Shown here: positions 39,854 to 54,143 of the stretch, piece after piece | Layout: each line of letters starts with the position of its first letter | Position numbering within the stretch: position 1 is the stretch's first letter | Source of the DNA: Ramazzottius varieornatus | Lineage: Eukaryota; Animalia; Tardigrada | Reading direction: 5' to 3' | Assembly: GCA_001949185.1 (NCBI GenBank) | Contig: BDGG01000002.1 | Location: forward strand, 7,678,448 to 7,742,447 | Length of the DNA stretch: 64,000 nucleotides | Made by a program: the position numbers and the translations under genes | Notes under the pieces: model-generated | Seen by the model: only the letters and a program-made list of their open reading frames with translations | The model's database searches: none | What the model was told of the DNA's origin: nothing

Positions 39854-42800
39854 GGGAGGAAGTTGTGGAATCAGATAAATCCAAAATATTCCATAGGCTA
39901 TTCCCGTTCAGCACCGTGTAGCTCACCATGCAGTTCGTCAGAACCGCCCACCAAGCAATCACAAGTGACTTTTGTTCTTTTGGCGAATCACGACGGATGG
40001 TGAATCAAACCGACCAACTGAAACAATCTACCTGACAAAACCAAAACACCGACTGTAAAGTTTAAAATGTCCTGGAAGTAGCTTCAAAACTCTTCCCCTC
40101 CAGGCTGAGCAAGCTCCAGCTGGCTGTGTCGTTTAAAGAGCAGACTACTTCAGAATCTGAGATCGCAGGAGGGTTGGTCCAGTGATGGAGGAATATGCAG
40201 CGGATTAACGTCGATGAGAGCCACTGTTTCAAGGCCGACTGCGCACGCGGAGGTCAGCGATTCAAGACGTCTGACTGCAAGAGGCGGTTACGACGCGAGA
40301 TCACGATGGGGTAAGGGGTTTCTTGGGATAATCTATTACGCCATCATCAGCACGTACGCAGGAGCCGTTAACACTCAGAACAAAATGAGAAAGTTGACGA
40401 TGAAGTTCCAAAATAACTCCTTCTTTCTTGGCACAGAAGCCACAGATGTGGAACGTTTAACTGCGATGACTGTGCGTGCTGACACAGCCCTGCTTGCCTA
40501 GGCAGATGGAACGTCAACAGATCAGTGCACGATGGTGCGCCGATCAGTACGACTGGAAAAATGTGCTGCCAGTGTGATGTCGCTGGATTACTCCCAGCAG
40601 GGCTCACCATAAGTTGCATCTGTATGCGTACTCTACCACTCGTAGCCAACGAAGCGTATCGAGCTGCAGCAAGCAAAACCAACAGTAAGCAAGGTTTCGA
40701 TGGTACGCCGCTCTCTCGCAACCCTTCAAAACACGTAGGTCAGCCATTTTCTGCAGTGACGTCACTGCGGAACGGAGTCCATCCGCACGCGCTGATTGCA
40801 GTCTACCGGCGCGGTAAGGGTACGATTTGTAAGCTTGGAAAAGGTAAACCGGACACGTGTTCGGAAAAGGCAGATTACTGAATCCGTCGGTTTTGTTTCA
40901 GCGCTATGGATTCACGCCAATTTCATGGCGACCTTGTAAACTACTTCGAAATTCCGATCCTGCGGCACGGTCGCCCTTCAGTGTCAATTTCCGACGATGA
41001 TGCATTCGTCAAATGTGCGGCATGTTTATCGCAAAACCAGGTAATAATCGTTAGTTGCATATGACTCGTTTGACACATCGAACTAATCTTATACACCGAA
41101 GAACACCTAGAACAATACAGCGAATGTCTTGTGGCGGACTTGGCGCCATAAGCAGTTGACTCACTGGTATTTCAGAACCTCGACAGCCTTTCAACCAAAC
41201 GACATGAGTCAGTTGTTTTTTCGATAGCCGACGAGTGAATCATTAGTTATTTTACATGAACGTTGAGAATTAGTAACGACGTCTCCGGCTAAAAACAGCT
41301 GGCCATTGACGTTGGTGGTATGCACAGCTGTTTCTGCAAAAAGGCTAGCAGATGTTACAGTCGAGATCCTTGAGAACGAACCCATCTTGCTTTTATGACA
41401 CAAACACTCAAAATCAGATATTGGATCTCTCTCTCTCTCTCGAAGGTTCTTGACTTCGAAGAAGTCGCTCGAGAAGCCAACTGGACCAGACTTTTCCGCT
41501 GGGTTCTGGCAATTTTCCTTCGGCGAAACCGATGATCGGATCTTTGCATGCCATACGTCAACCGGTTTTAACGTGACTGGGAATATTTGAAGTTCCGAAC
41601 ATCAGAGGTCGCAATGCATGACTGATAATTTGGAATTGGTCCAGCAAGGCCAGATATTCATTTCGCAATGCTATAGGCTTGACACTGCCGGCTTTGCGTC
41701 CGTAGTCAGCGATCCGAATCTGTCTTACATAACCGACGATAATATTTATGTTTATACAGAGAAAAGGTTCTTCTGTCGATGAGCAACCAGTTGAGATTAA
41801 CCTTCACGCTACAAAACGAAAATAAACGCAGTTCGCAAGAGTGATCTTCATTACCAGGGTCGTGATCTTCATCACTTCGGCAAGTAATTGTTTCTACTTT
41901 GATCTTCTTCGCTGCGTGCTGAATCAGTGGACTCTCTTCCACAGTCACAAGAAGTTCAAATCATCTCGAGTAATGAAACCATGTTCTTGTAGGAAGAATG
42001 TGGACGGGTGGTGGAGACCGGAATCTGGATAAGATCGGGTAGGATCTCGAAAGATCGAAGCAAGCATCGTCGAGCGAACCTTCTTCTTTCATAGACTAGC
42101 TGCGGAGAATGAACGGAACAAGTGTTACCTGCACGAACAACGGTAGTGCGACAACAGTTGATTACGCTGCTAGTGTTTCAATTGGCTGTCAATTATGCTG
42201 CCGGTAGAAAAGTTTTTGGACCGGAAGTGCGCGAACTAAACGGGATACTAAGGTCATTTTAGGATAAAGTTTGCACTTGACAGGTGCGTTATCATGGCTC
42301 CTCCTCGTCTGTTCACCGCACATAGTACTTCCGACTTCATGACAGCAATGGTGGCCAGTTTCCGCATCCTCCAGTCTGTCGTGAGTTCGCGTGAGCAAGG
42401 TCGTTAGTAGCGGTTACGCAATAGCAGTACAGTTCTCGTAAACTTCCTGTCAGGTGGTCGGTGAGTTGCAGTCGCTAGCTCGGGTTATGAAGCCGACGTT
42501 CCCGTATTTTCCCCTTAGTACCGCATCTAACAGTACAAGTTTCGCTTATTAGTTAATGGTGGTCTAATGCAGTTTTGGTTGAAGCCCGTTTGATATTGGC
42601 TAGCCATTACTCGAGCGGACAATGGAGAACCGTTGTCATGATCAGCAACGAACGCCGCAAAGAAGGCCAAGAACGAACATGGTTGTCGGCCTTTTAGCCC
42701 GTTGACCCAATTTACAAGATTAACAATAACTTGCGAGACCATTTTCTATAATCACAACGTGGTGTCCTTCGCGACGAAAATTGCTTTAGTCAGGCGAATT

Positions 42801-42932
42801 ATCTTTTACAGTTGCTGTTGATTATACAAAAAGACCTTATCGTAGGGAGGAAATTACTTTGATATCCTACCCCAATTGACTCTTCATCGATCCACCTCGA
42901 TCCATCTTACAGTTTTTATTATAATTTTCAGC

Positions 42933-43988
42933 ATGGAACAACTTGTGTTAGGATTATTCGCCCTGGCCCACTTTATGAGTAAAAAACGCACTCAACGAAC
43001 CGGACCAGTTTATCAGATATCTGAAATCTATAACGGCATTTGATACTTTTGCTTCTTTTTGCAGTCGGTTGCTTTGGTCAATATGGCAAATATGGCGGAC
43101 CTGGACCAGCTGGATACAATGGAGGACAAGGCGGATCCGGATATGGTGGCGGCGGAGGAGGTGGCGGTGGTTATGGTGGTGGCGGTGGTTATGGTGGTGG
43201 CGGTGGTTATGGTGGTGGCGGAAGGCGAGGTGGCGGCTACGGCGGGGGAGGACCTGGACCTGGCTCGTACGGAGGTGGGGGAAAACCTATTGCCATTGTG
43301 AAACCAGTTTTAGTTTTCCCACCGACGCCTTTCGGGTATGTACCTCTTCCAACCTTTTTCACATTTAGGGCATTGGCAAATGAATTTACCTAGGTTGTTC
43401 TTCCCAGTGGCGCACCCTCTCAGCCAGTAACAATGCATAAGTGTGCCATTTGAGAAGACCATCTGGGCATAGTCACTGCATTTACCGACGTCCCATTTCC
43501 CGCGATCGAAACAGAATGATTATCGCCTAACGGAGACCACGTGCTCTTGCGCAAATACCTGGTTTAATGTTAAGGCTTTTCGTTGTAGGTGGCAGAAGGA
43601 AGAAGGTTACGGGTACGCTAACATTTTCATGCTAGCGCAACTGTTAGGAAGCTACGAGAAGGCCCAAGAGTTCGTCAACAGACTATACAAGATCAACATG
43701 CCCAAAGATGCAGGTGATGGCGGCTACGGTAATGGAGCATTCGAAGGTGGTGGCGGTGGGGCAGGAGAAAAGTACGCGGGGGGAGGACAAGGTGGTTACG
43801 GAGGCGCAAGTGCAGGAGGCGGCTACGGTAACAACGGTGGATATGGCGCTGCATCAGGCTACGGTGATGGACGGAGTATCAATGTGAGACCTGAGGGACT
43901 TCCCAACCTGTCTGCTTTGACTGGAAGCGGTGTCAACAAAGAAATGTACGATGGTCCTGAATCACCTGAATCGCCAGACAGGAGGTAG
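42933..43988 (+). CDS. Secreted Gly/Tyr-rich structural-type protein (cuticle/eggshell-like), 3 exons
   Basis: Spliced signal peptide MEQLVLGLFALAHFM|IGCFG, GGGGY repeats, central non-repetitive segment KPIAIVKPVLVFPPTPFG|WQKEEGYGYANIFML, second Gly-rich block. Confidence 0.75.
43404..43452. repeat. Family-1 palindrome copy (Gly-rich gene intron)
   Basis: CCAGTGGCGCAC-N25-GTGTGCCATTTG. Confidence 0.85.
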
Positions 43989-45286
43989 AACTTCGTGTTC
44001 AGCTCGAAAGATGATACCAAGTACGACAAAGCTTTACTGGACATTCTGCCGCCGTCTGGACAGCACGGAATGTCCAGCGTTATGTCTAACAAACGTCTAC
44101 CAAAGAAAGCCGGCATGCTCATACTGTACTGCCCAGAAATTCTTATTATTGAAAAATTTATTGTTTGACTGTCTACCGGGTTGTTCTTGTCAAGTGCTTG
44201 ATTACAGTCCTTTGTTCATCTAAGGCTCTAAGCTATCGCAGTACGCTATATGGGCGTGGCTCATAAAGGAGGAACTTAGACCGAAACAAGTTTTGTCTTC
44301 CTCGCACCCTGCATTCACACTCCTGAATGGTCCTAGGAACCATCCGAGCATCTGGGACGACGGCAAATGACATCACGCAGATCGCCATCTCAAGTCGCGC
44401 ATTACCGTATTATTACTGGCTGAGAGCGTGCACCACTTGTGAGAACAATCCTGGTGAATTTGTGTTCGGATGCCTCGATCAGGTGCACGGCATATTTCAA
44501 TCGTATCTTTGTGTCGATTGTTTCAACACCTCTTAAACTCCATTCCCGTACAACTGTTATGGCATGATGGAGGAACATTAATTTTCGAGGCGAAAGGTAA
44601 AAGCAAAGCACACATGAACAAAGTCGTCAAACGTGTTTCCGTCCTTGACCACTGGAGAAGAATACCACTGCATACCGCTCTCTTTTCGGATCACGAGCAC
44701 AGATTCTTACCGCGGCTGTTAAAGCGAACTAAAGATAACCCTTGAGGCAATCTTTCCGTCGACGTCTGTCTATCAGTCAACCAAAGCTTCCTGCTGCTTT
44801 TCCGTCTTACACCATTACAGTTCACGGCACCGTAAGCACACTATATTTATGTGTCTGCAATGCGAAACGCTTGATTGACGCTTGCTTCCGAAAATCTTTG
44901 CACCTTTTTCACGCATTTTAAACTGGAAGAATTTGGTACGGTAATTTATCGGAAGGTCACTAGGATAATTAAGGCTTGACCACGCCCTGTATAGGAATAT
45001 ATTTTGACACTTGGAGCTCCGGGTGAGTAACCTTGCATGTTTATGTGTGGATGCATCTTGATTTGTGCAATCTGAGTGTGTTGAATTAGTGCTCTTCAAT
45101 AGCTGTTTATCGATTGCTGACATGCTCCATGTTATGCAGACGCGGATAATGCAGGTGACGGACCAGTCTTTGTGTCAACAGTGATAAGGCTTTACACCAC
45201 AGCCCACAATACTGTATATTCTCGATTTCGAGTGAAGCGGCTGCGCAGCATTCATTACCATATCTCCCTCTGGAACATCGTTCTTC

Positions 45287-46421
<1,135 letters not shown>

Positions 46422-46727
46422 TCAGAGTCAGCCGCGATCGCTTCTCCAAGTATCGACCGACGGCTGACTTCTACGCAGCTAAAAGTGGCTCCACTACTAT
46501 TTCCTAATGTCCCTTACTGTTCAAGCTCTCAGCCAGTCATTCATTTATGGCTTGCAGCGGTCAAGTCTGCACTGCATGCTTCTTGTCATTTGGACGAGGA
46601 AGGAAGAGGCCGGAAGGATGCAGCGACGCCTGCTTTGGCCGCACTGCCTCGCAACGGATGCGGACTGGCTTCCTTCAGGCGTAATTGTAAATTAATCCTT
46701 GTATCCCTTCACCGTTGATCGGCATCT

Positions 46728-46729
<2 letters not shown>

Positions 46730-46766
<37 letters not shown>
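46730..46766 (+). repeat. (CT)n microsatellite in the UBE2E 3' region
   Basis: About 18 CT units. Confidence 0.95.
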
Positions 46767-46771
<5 letters not shown>

Positions 46772-47002
46772 TGTGTGATACTTTCATCTAATCTTCCGCT
46801 TGTGGAAAACACGGCTCAGCTTTGTCAGGGTGTAATCTAATATTTATTACTGGTGATTCTTGTCGAGGTTCTTCTTTGTTTTTGGAAAATTGTTCTCAGC
46901 TGTTTATTTCTTCTCAGGGTTTCTGAATTTTGAATGGGCGTACCTTAGGAGACCTAAGTTAGTACGGGACGGTGGTAGACGATTTTCTTAAGTTCGTTAT
47001 CC

Positions 47003-47051
47003 CAAGTGGCGCACCGTTTCATTGTTGTTAGCCGAGAGCGTGCGCCACTTG
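47003..47051. repeat. Family-1 palindrome copy (downstream of UBE2E)
   Basis: CAAGTGGCGCAC-N25-GTGCGCCACTTG, perfect arms. Confidence 0.92.
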
Positions 47052-49551
47052 GAAAAGAATTTTAGAACTACACCGAAAGGCCGCTGTGTTTTTTTTATTC
47101 TCGGTTTGGTTTGAGCAGAATTGAGAGAAAGTGCTTTTACGGGAAGGAATACACTGGAAGTCCTGTCGGTAATGGGTGCGCTTGAAGTAAAGCGTAACGG
47201 CGAGGCGCATCGTTAAACCAAGTGAAAAGTCATATAAGAGCTAATAACGGCGTCAATTCGTCTTGGTAAATTCATTGCAATCGACGCATTCTGTGGCGTA
47301 GTTTTCCCCTTTAGCCTGAAGGATTACTTTCGGTAAAGCCCGAATGCTTCCCGCATCACAGACGGCTTCCCCTTTTTTTCTACCGCTCCTCTCGAGTAAG
47401 TGGCCAGCGTACGTTGATGACGTGCGGATTGAGAAGACTTGAAAGTGAGGAGGGTATAAGGTCGACATGCTGTGCTGGCTTGTTTCCGCTTCCCCTTTTC
47501 CACGCTCCCCATCGCCTCGTATACCGTTGCTCCCGAGTGCGACATGCCGGTCGCCGGCGGAAACATCAACTTTTGGGTCCTCCTTTTGGGAAGGACAAGG
47601 AAGTGCTACAGTCTTGTAGGACTTCACTTTGACCCTTATTGTAAACGACAGCCTCTTTAGGCGAACCCTCTTTGAGACGCTGTCCTTGTCGCTTAGCTCC
47701 TTGTTCTTTCCTCCACGGCAGCGCCAGCGGAAAGAGGCCTAAACGCTGGACTGGGATATGAATAGGCTTCTCGTTGAAAGTATCCGCCAGACGTCCATAC
47801 GTCAACTGTCAGGAAGGTGTAGCTGTAGCTGTGCCATGTCAAAGGACCTCGCTAATCACCGCATCGACCAAATTTATGTGCCGTACCTGACATTTATACC
47901 TGGCTGCAAAATGACGATGGCGAGGACCTGACTTTGATCACATGGTGTATTTTTATCCGGACGACTTGGGGGTTTGTCCACCTGCATAAGCCTATCTTGA
48001 ATTCATCTGAAGCAGCCATAGGTAGCACTGATTTAGACCTGATTGAGAGATACTCTGGCCTGCCGGACCGACGTCAACGGAAGGAACAATGTCGTCTCAG
48101 TCGGCACAACCACGCTCGTAAGAAGCGTTTTCCGGTGCAGGAAGCTGCGAGTCAGTGGCGCTTTTGCCGACGAGCTCTTCAGCCGCTCTTGCTTGCTGAC
48201 CGTCGACGATCTGATTTGGCGACGCCACCTGAAATCTCTAGATTATTTCGTGTTTTTGTAGGAGGATGCATTCCTTGGCATCGGTCAAGTCCATCGGCGG
48301 AGTGGTCAATGGCAATGGGTCTTCGAGCGCCATGTCAAGGATTAGACGGTACAGCGTTCAAGTTATGCAGATTGTTCGACCGCTCTTCGCCTCCACCGCA
48401 GGTACGCGCCACTAAGATCCGCCCAGTGCTTCACAGAAAAAATGTATAAAAATTGTATTTTATGGTACAAAATCAACTCTCTAGACCGATTCTCTGGATT
48501 ATTATCACCGAATTTTAGCACGTAATTATTGATATTAAATACTGCCCGAAATCAATAAGTGCAGAACTATACGGGACGGTTTTGACAGATATTGTGCCTT
48601 TTTCTACTTTGGTCCTGCAAGGCTTCCGGTTTTCTTCTTCCACAGTCGCCTTTGAACACCATTCTTAGCGTCTTGTCCTCATCGCTGAAGTTTTGCGTCA
48701 CGACAGGAAGCTGGCCAGTTTGCGCGTTTGCTCCTTCATTAGTCTTTAGCTCTCTAGCGCGAACAAATCACGTCTCCTTTCGCGCCTGTGAACCAGACGC
48801 TTTTAGCCAACATCTTGCATGTTTTGCCCGCTTTCCGTCAACATCCATATTCGAGCAGAGCTCTCTGCCGGTATTCGAGTATGAGGGAAGCACGCAACGT
48901 CAGTCTCAAGCGTCCCTACAAAACCGAGCAAGGATAAAGTATCATGGTGTTGAATTGAGGAGGTCTCTCTTTCGCACCAGAAATGATGGAGGGCCATTGA
49001 CTATTAATTACTGTAGCGCTACTGCACATGTACGCGCCAAATACTTATTCCCGTGACTTTCCAACATTGCCTGGATCCGCATCAGTCATTCTAAGCCGAT
49101 AATTACCCATCTTGATATCGTGTATTATTTTCAGCTTGGCGTTCTCGAGCTGCCCATCTGGTTCCTCGCGCCGGTTCGACGCCTACGATATTTCCGGTCC
49201 GTCCATGTGGCTTTCTGATTTGTTTGCATTCCTCGCCGACATCTGGAAGACTCACGACAATATAGTTTAGCTGTCCGGAGGGTTCCTTGCCGTCATTACC
49301 GATAATTTATGCGAGATTGCCAAGACTCCTCCCTTGGTTCCTTCGGCTTCCTGCCTAGAAAGCATTCCGTGAAATTGGGCGTAGCGTCGTTATAAGAATG
49401 TTGAAATTGCCTCAGTCGAAATCATCATAGCTTTCTACTTACAAGATCGAAGACTCTGTAGCGTTGTTTTCTTTGACTTCCGGTTGGTTCCTTGTGCACT
49501 TATGGTAGGCAGGAATTTGATATTGGATCTTTGCTCTGTCTGATTCGAATT

Positions 49552-51639
49552 ATGGCGGGTGACTTTGTCGGATGGGGATATGGTGATGACGCGGCTGTGG
49601 TTGTCGAAGAGAGCAGTTCGACGTCGGAGACCAAGTCTACTGTGACTAATTGCAAGTCTCGTAAAACGGCGGAAACTTTACACGTCCATCACTCGTCACC
49701 GACCCGCAGAAACCGCTCGCCCAGTCTTATTAGCCGGCTAAAGGTTCTCTTCCACGCTGGTGGCGAAGGTAAGGTCCTTGTCTCTTAGCTCTACAAAAAA
49801 GGCTCTACAAATACTGCACACTTAGCTAGCCTAAGTTTTAGAGAAGAAGCAGAAAAAGGGCAGTTGTTTCATAAAAGTTTTTGCCGGTAGATTGACTGAC
49901 TTAAGCGTTTCATAAGCAGTCCGATATGGACAGGCAAGACCGAAAAATGAATCGCGACGATTTGCAGCAACGTTACTTGAATTCTGTTTCGCCGATTGTG
50001 GCATATCAAAGTCTCAATCAAGCGCGTTCGCCCGACAAAACATCAGCAGAAGTTGATAATTAATCTTCTCCGCTTAGCCGAGGATACCAAGAACGTCGTT
50101 GCCAACATCGAGATCTTTGGTCGTGGTGGTTCTGACGCCTTGCCGCTTCCTCCTTCATGATATTTTTCCGGCTTACCGCGCATCTGTCAACAAGGACCTG
50201 CCGAGGAGACGTAAACTGTCGCAGTTGATAATGAGGTCAAACCCAACAGTTATGCTTGATCACCGACAGCTGAACACTAATTACCCCAGCCATCCATACT
50301 CACGAGCTTGAAATTTGGAGCTATAAAGGAACGTTGTAGAGTTCGTCTGTGGTCTCATTTTCATGTTCTCCGTGGGGGAAACTTGCAACAGCGGCAAAAA
50401 ATTTCACGTTTGCTAACGTTTTGAATGTCTCCGTTTCCTCATGGTGTTGTGAAACCTTCTCAAATTTCGCTTCGGTCCTTGGTAATGCCTCGTGGGAGCA
50501 TATCCGCTAGAAGTATCATTTTGGGTGTTGCAGATGTCGAGGACTGGGAACTACGGAAGCTGAGTCGGTACGCACCCGGAAGTCTTGATGCCTTATGTCA
50601 GTGCACCAACTTCACCCGGAAGGAAATTCGTGCAATCTACAACGGCTTCAAGCAGGACTGCCCAAACGGCACAGTCAGCAAGGAACGATTCAAGGACCTG
50701 TATTGCGGCTTCTTCCCCCTCGGCGGTCAGTTCTCCAAACCTTCAACTGGGACGTCGGCGAATAATTTGAACCAGACCACTTTGCCAAGTGGCGCACACT
50801 TTCAGCTAACTACAATGAACACGGGCGCCACTTGGAGAACCAGTCTGGTTCAATTCATTCGCCCACGTTCAAATTATCAAACACTCGAATTTCACGCAGA
50901 CAAATTTACGATTATTCCAGTCGATTTGTCGTGCTGTACTTTGGTTTCAGCATTTTTATTACAGTAGTTTTCTGCGTACCGAATGGCGGGACTTTGGCAT
51001 TTTTTTCTACAGATGCTCGCACATATTCCGGCCATGTCTTCGACACGGTCGACAAAGCCGGTGAAGGCAGCATAACCTTTGAGCAGTTCCTGGTGGCCAT
51101 GTCTGTGATATCCCGCGGTACTTTCGAGGAGAAGATCACCTGGGTATTCAACCTATACGACATCAACGGCGACGGCTACATATCGCCGGAAGAGATGCTG
51201 GCCATAGTGACGTCCATCTACGAGATGTTGGGCAGAAGGGCAGAACCTCCCATAGAAGAGGACACGGCTCAACAACACGCCGATCGCATATTTCACGTAA
51301 GCGATACCATCCATCCTCCATCTGCGTTCGCCTGTCTGACACTCTGACCTACTCGAGATGTGACATGTGAACTTGCTAGTTTCCACGGCCACACTGAAAA
51401 TATTTACGATGTTCTTTTTTTCCGTAGAAAATGGACCTGAATCAGGACGGGCTCATATCGTTTGCAGAATTCCAAGAAGTCTGCAAAAATGTACGTAATT
51501 TTAAGCTGCCTTCACCATACCATATTGTACTCTGGACGCTGAAGAAACAATGGCCGAAAACTTGACTCACCACATGGATTTGTAGGACCATGAAATTTGC
51601 AAGTCGATGGACATCTTTGGGACCGCCCTGGGCATCTGA
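49552..51639 (+). CDS. KCNIP: Kv channel-interacting protein (KChIP/calsenilin-type neuronal calcium sensor)
   Basis: RYAPGSLDALCQCTNFTRKEIRAIYNGFKQDCPNG, FFPLG|DA, EF hands DINGDGYISPEE and DLNQDGLISFAE; first exon inferred. Confidence 0.88.
50786..50834. repeat. Family-1 palindrome copy (KChIP intron)
   Basis: CAAGTGGCGCAC-N25-GGGCGCCACTTG. Confidence 0.9.
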
Positions 51640-51888
51640 CGAGAACCCCTTGCAAACCTTCCAAGAGCTAGATAGCTTTCTCCTGACAAAGAAGATTCGT
51701 AATTTGGTGCTGGGAACCCGAAACAAACTGTATAAAGATAGGTCTTCATTTTTTGCCGTTTTTCCTCCTGGTAATACTGCCGCTCAACGTTGAACAAGAG
51801 ATTCTGAACTGAAAATAAATGCACAGATACTGTATAGAAAATGAATGATCGATAAGAGGTGAAAACACAAGGAACTATAAAAGCATAA

Positions 51889-54143
51889 TCAGTACTTAAC
51901 TTTCACCGCCACAGGTTTCGGGAAATACTTGCTATATTTGCTGACGAAACCCGCCACATCAAACTTTCTCTTACATCCATTATAGTTCATATAGCGAATC
52001 TTTCCAAACACCTCTCGTTCTGCCCAGCCCTGGTCATGTGTTCCACAGATGGACCACATGCATCCCACATAGCCATTCGGGTCTCGTCCATCCAAGCTAT
52101 ACTTATCATTCAACTTTATGGAGAACTCCAGCGCCTGTTGTGGGTTCTCCGTCCACTCAAGGATCTTCTTGGCCCAGTACATGCGCATGAAACCATGACA
52201 TTTACCTTCTCTGTTCATCTGCATCTGCGCGGCGTTCCACAAGTCATCGGCTGTTCGGCACTCTTCCAATTCTTTAAAGGTGTAGAGGATGGGTCGCTTG
52301 TCTTTCATGTGGGCGAGGAGAGTCTGCTTGGCCCATGGCTTGGCTCCGTCAATGTTGTCGTAGTTCGAGTTGTAAAAGCAGAAGTTGTCGGAAAGCTCTC
52401 GCCTGATCACTGCTTCTTCGAAGAACGTGTCGAAACCTGCTCTCAACGATGGCTGGAAAGAACATGCCGTCAGTATTACACTCGGCAGCAACGGAAATCA
52501 CCAAAACGTCAACCTGCATACACTCACACAACTGTTAGTACACTACTACAGTGTATGCAAGTGTGAGTCGTCACAGTAACAAAAAGGGGAATGTACTACC
52601 TTGTCCTTGGCAGCTTGTTCAGTTTCCAAAATAGCTCGAGCTACAGAAATCTGTCCGTAGTGGAACCAAGGGGACAACTGGCTCAATGCTGGCACGTTCG
52701 GGTCGTTTCTCTTTCCGTAGTTTGGAAGTCTTTTCGTGATGAAGCTGTGCAAGGTGACGAGGGAGTGCGATGTTCCTGCTTTAGCCCAGTCCACCGCGCC
52801 TATACTTCGATCGACTTCCAAGCTGGCTTCGCAAGCTACCCAGTCAATCTGAAACCCAGGAGGAAGCCGTCAGACAACCCCGTACAGCACACGTACTCAA
52901 ACAGAATAAGACTGGAATTAGGGATTAGCTGGTAAAATGCGCCGAAGGTTCATCCACCTGCGTACTTCCGGTCCGTAACAAGTATACGGAAAGATGGTCG
53001 TAGGTGAACGAGAGACCGGGCCATACGACTTCCCACATGGCAGCTTTGGAAATTTGGCGACAAACCTGTGGCATTTCTTCGATCATCGAGTAAGGGTGCT
53101 TCACGATGGCAGGAAACGGAGTCAGGTACCTATCTTTGACTTTATGGATCTTACTTCGCAGCGTTCTCGCACCGTACTCTTCCTTATCCGACGCCGTCCA
53201 ACACGGCACAATGTTATGAGCGTCCACTTGATCCCAGGCCACGGTACCGTCCATTCGTTCTTTCGCTTCGTTCATCCACGACATGGGGCCTTTCAGCGGA
53301 GAAAAGTCGTTGACCAGCAAGCCAACGTTCTTGTCTTTGAGGAACTGTGGCAAGACGTCTTTTGCGAAACCGATCAACATGTGGAATGGTATGTTCAACT
53401 GCGAACACTCCTTCTGAACCTCAACCAGTCCTCCCAGAAGGAACTGGAAGTGCCGCAGAGGAGCGCCGAGGTATTTCGGGACGAGGCAGAAGCAGGCCAG
53501 AAGAGGTACGCGAGCTTGTAACGCCATCCTCTGAGCATGGATGAATGCCCAGTTATCTACAAAATCCGAACCAAATAATTCATCAAACATTCGTACATCC
53601 AGCATAAACGGAATTTCTATCAAAACTAACCTTGTACTCTGGTATCTCGTGACATCCAATAAAGGACACATTGTCCAGGAGAGATCGGTTGAGGAGAAGT
53701 AGCAGGTATAATCGGCCGGACTCTTTCCATTCTGTAGGGGAACATCATCGGTGATCCCCAGTTCTTCCGCGACTGGTTGATCTTGTTGATAAACTTTTTC
53801 TGCTCCGAAGTGAGCGTCGGAGGTTCGTAGAGAGGGTTGGCGGATGGAAGAAAGATATCGCTGACGACACCGTCGATCGTCTGAGTCGTTTCCGGTTGAT
53901 CAGCTGTGGACGAAACATCTGCGATGGATTCGCTCGAAGAGGGCTCACCATCCTCCTTCTTGAACTTCTTCGACAGGGGAGGCATCGTCCTAGTGGCCGA
54001 TTTCGAAGCCCTCCTGAAATCAGATGCCAAAGTATAACGCTCTTACCAGAGCTTGACAGTTGACGCAGAACGCCGCCATTTACTCACCGAAGATGATCGG
54101 GTAGCAGTCTCCGTCTCAGCAGCAGCCCGGAGATCTTGTTCAT
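51889..54143 (-). CDS. phr: Class II CPD (deoxyribodipyrimidine) photolyase
   Basis: [12 protein letters not shown]|[85 protein letters not shown]; start at 54143 or 53985. Confidence 0.95.
52512..52562. repeat. Family-2 palindrome copy (photolyase intron)
   Basis: ACCTGCATAC-N31-GTATGCAAGT. Confidence 0.82.
52956..53005. repeat. Degenerate family-2 palindrome copy (photolyase intron)
   Basis: ACCTGCGTAC-N30-GGTCGTAGGT. Confidence 0.55.

Noticed and set aside
43069-43368. Trp/Arg-rich ORF resembling an antimicrobial peptide
   Set aside because: It is the shifted frame of the GGY codon repeats of the Gly-rich gene.
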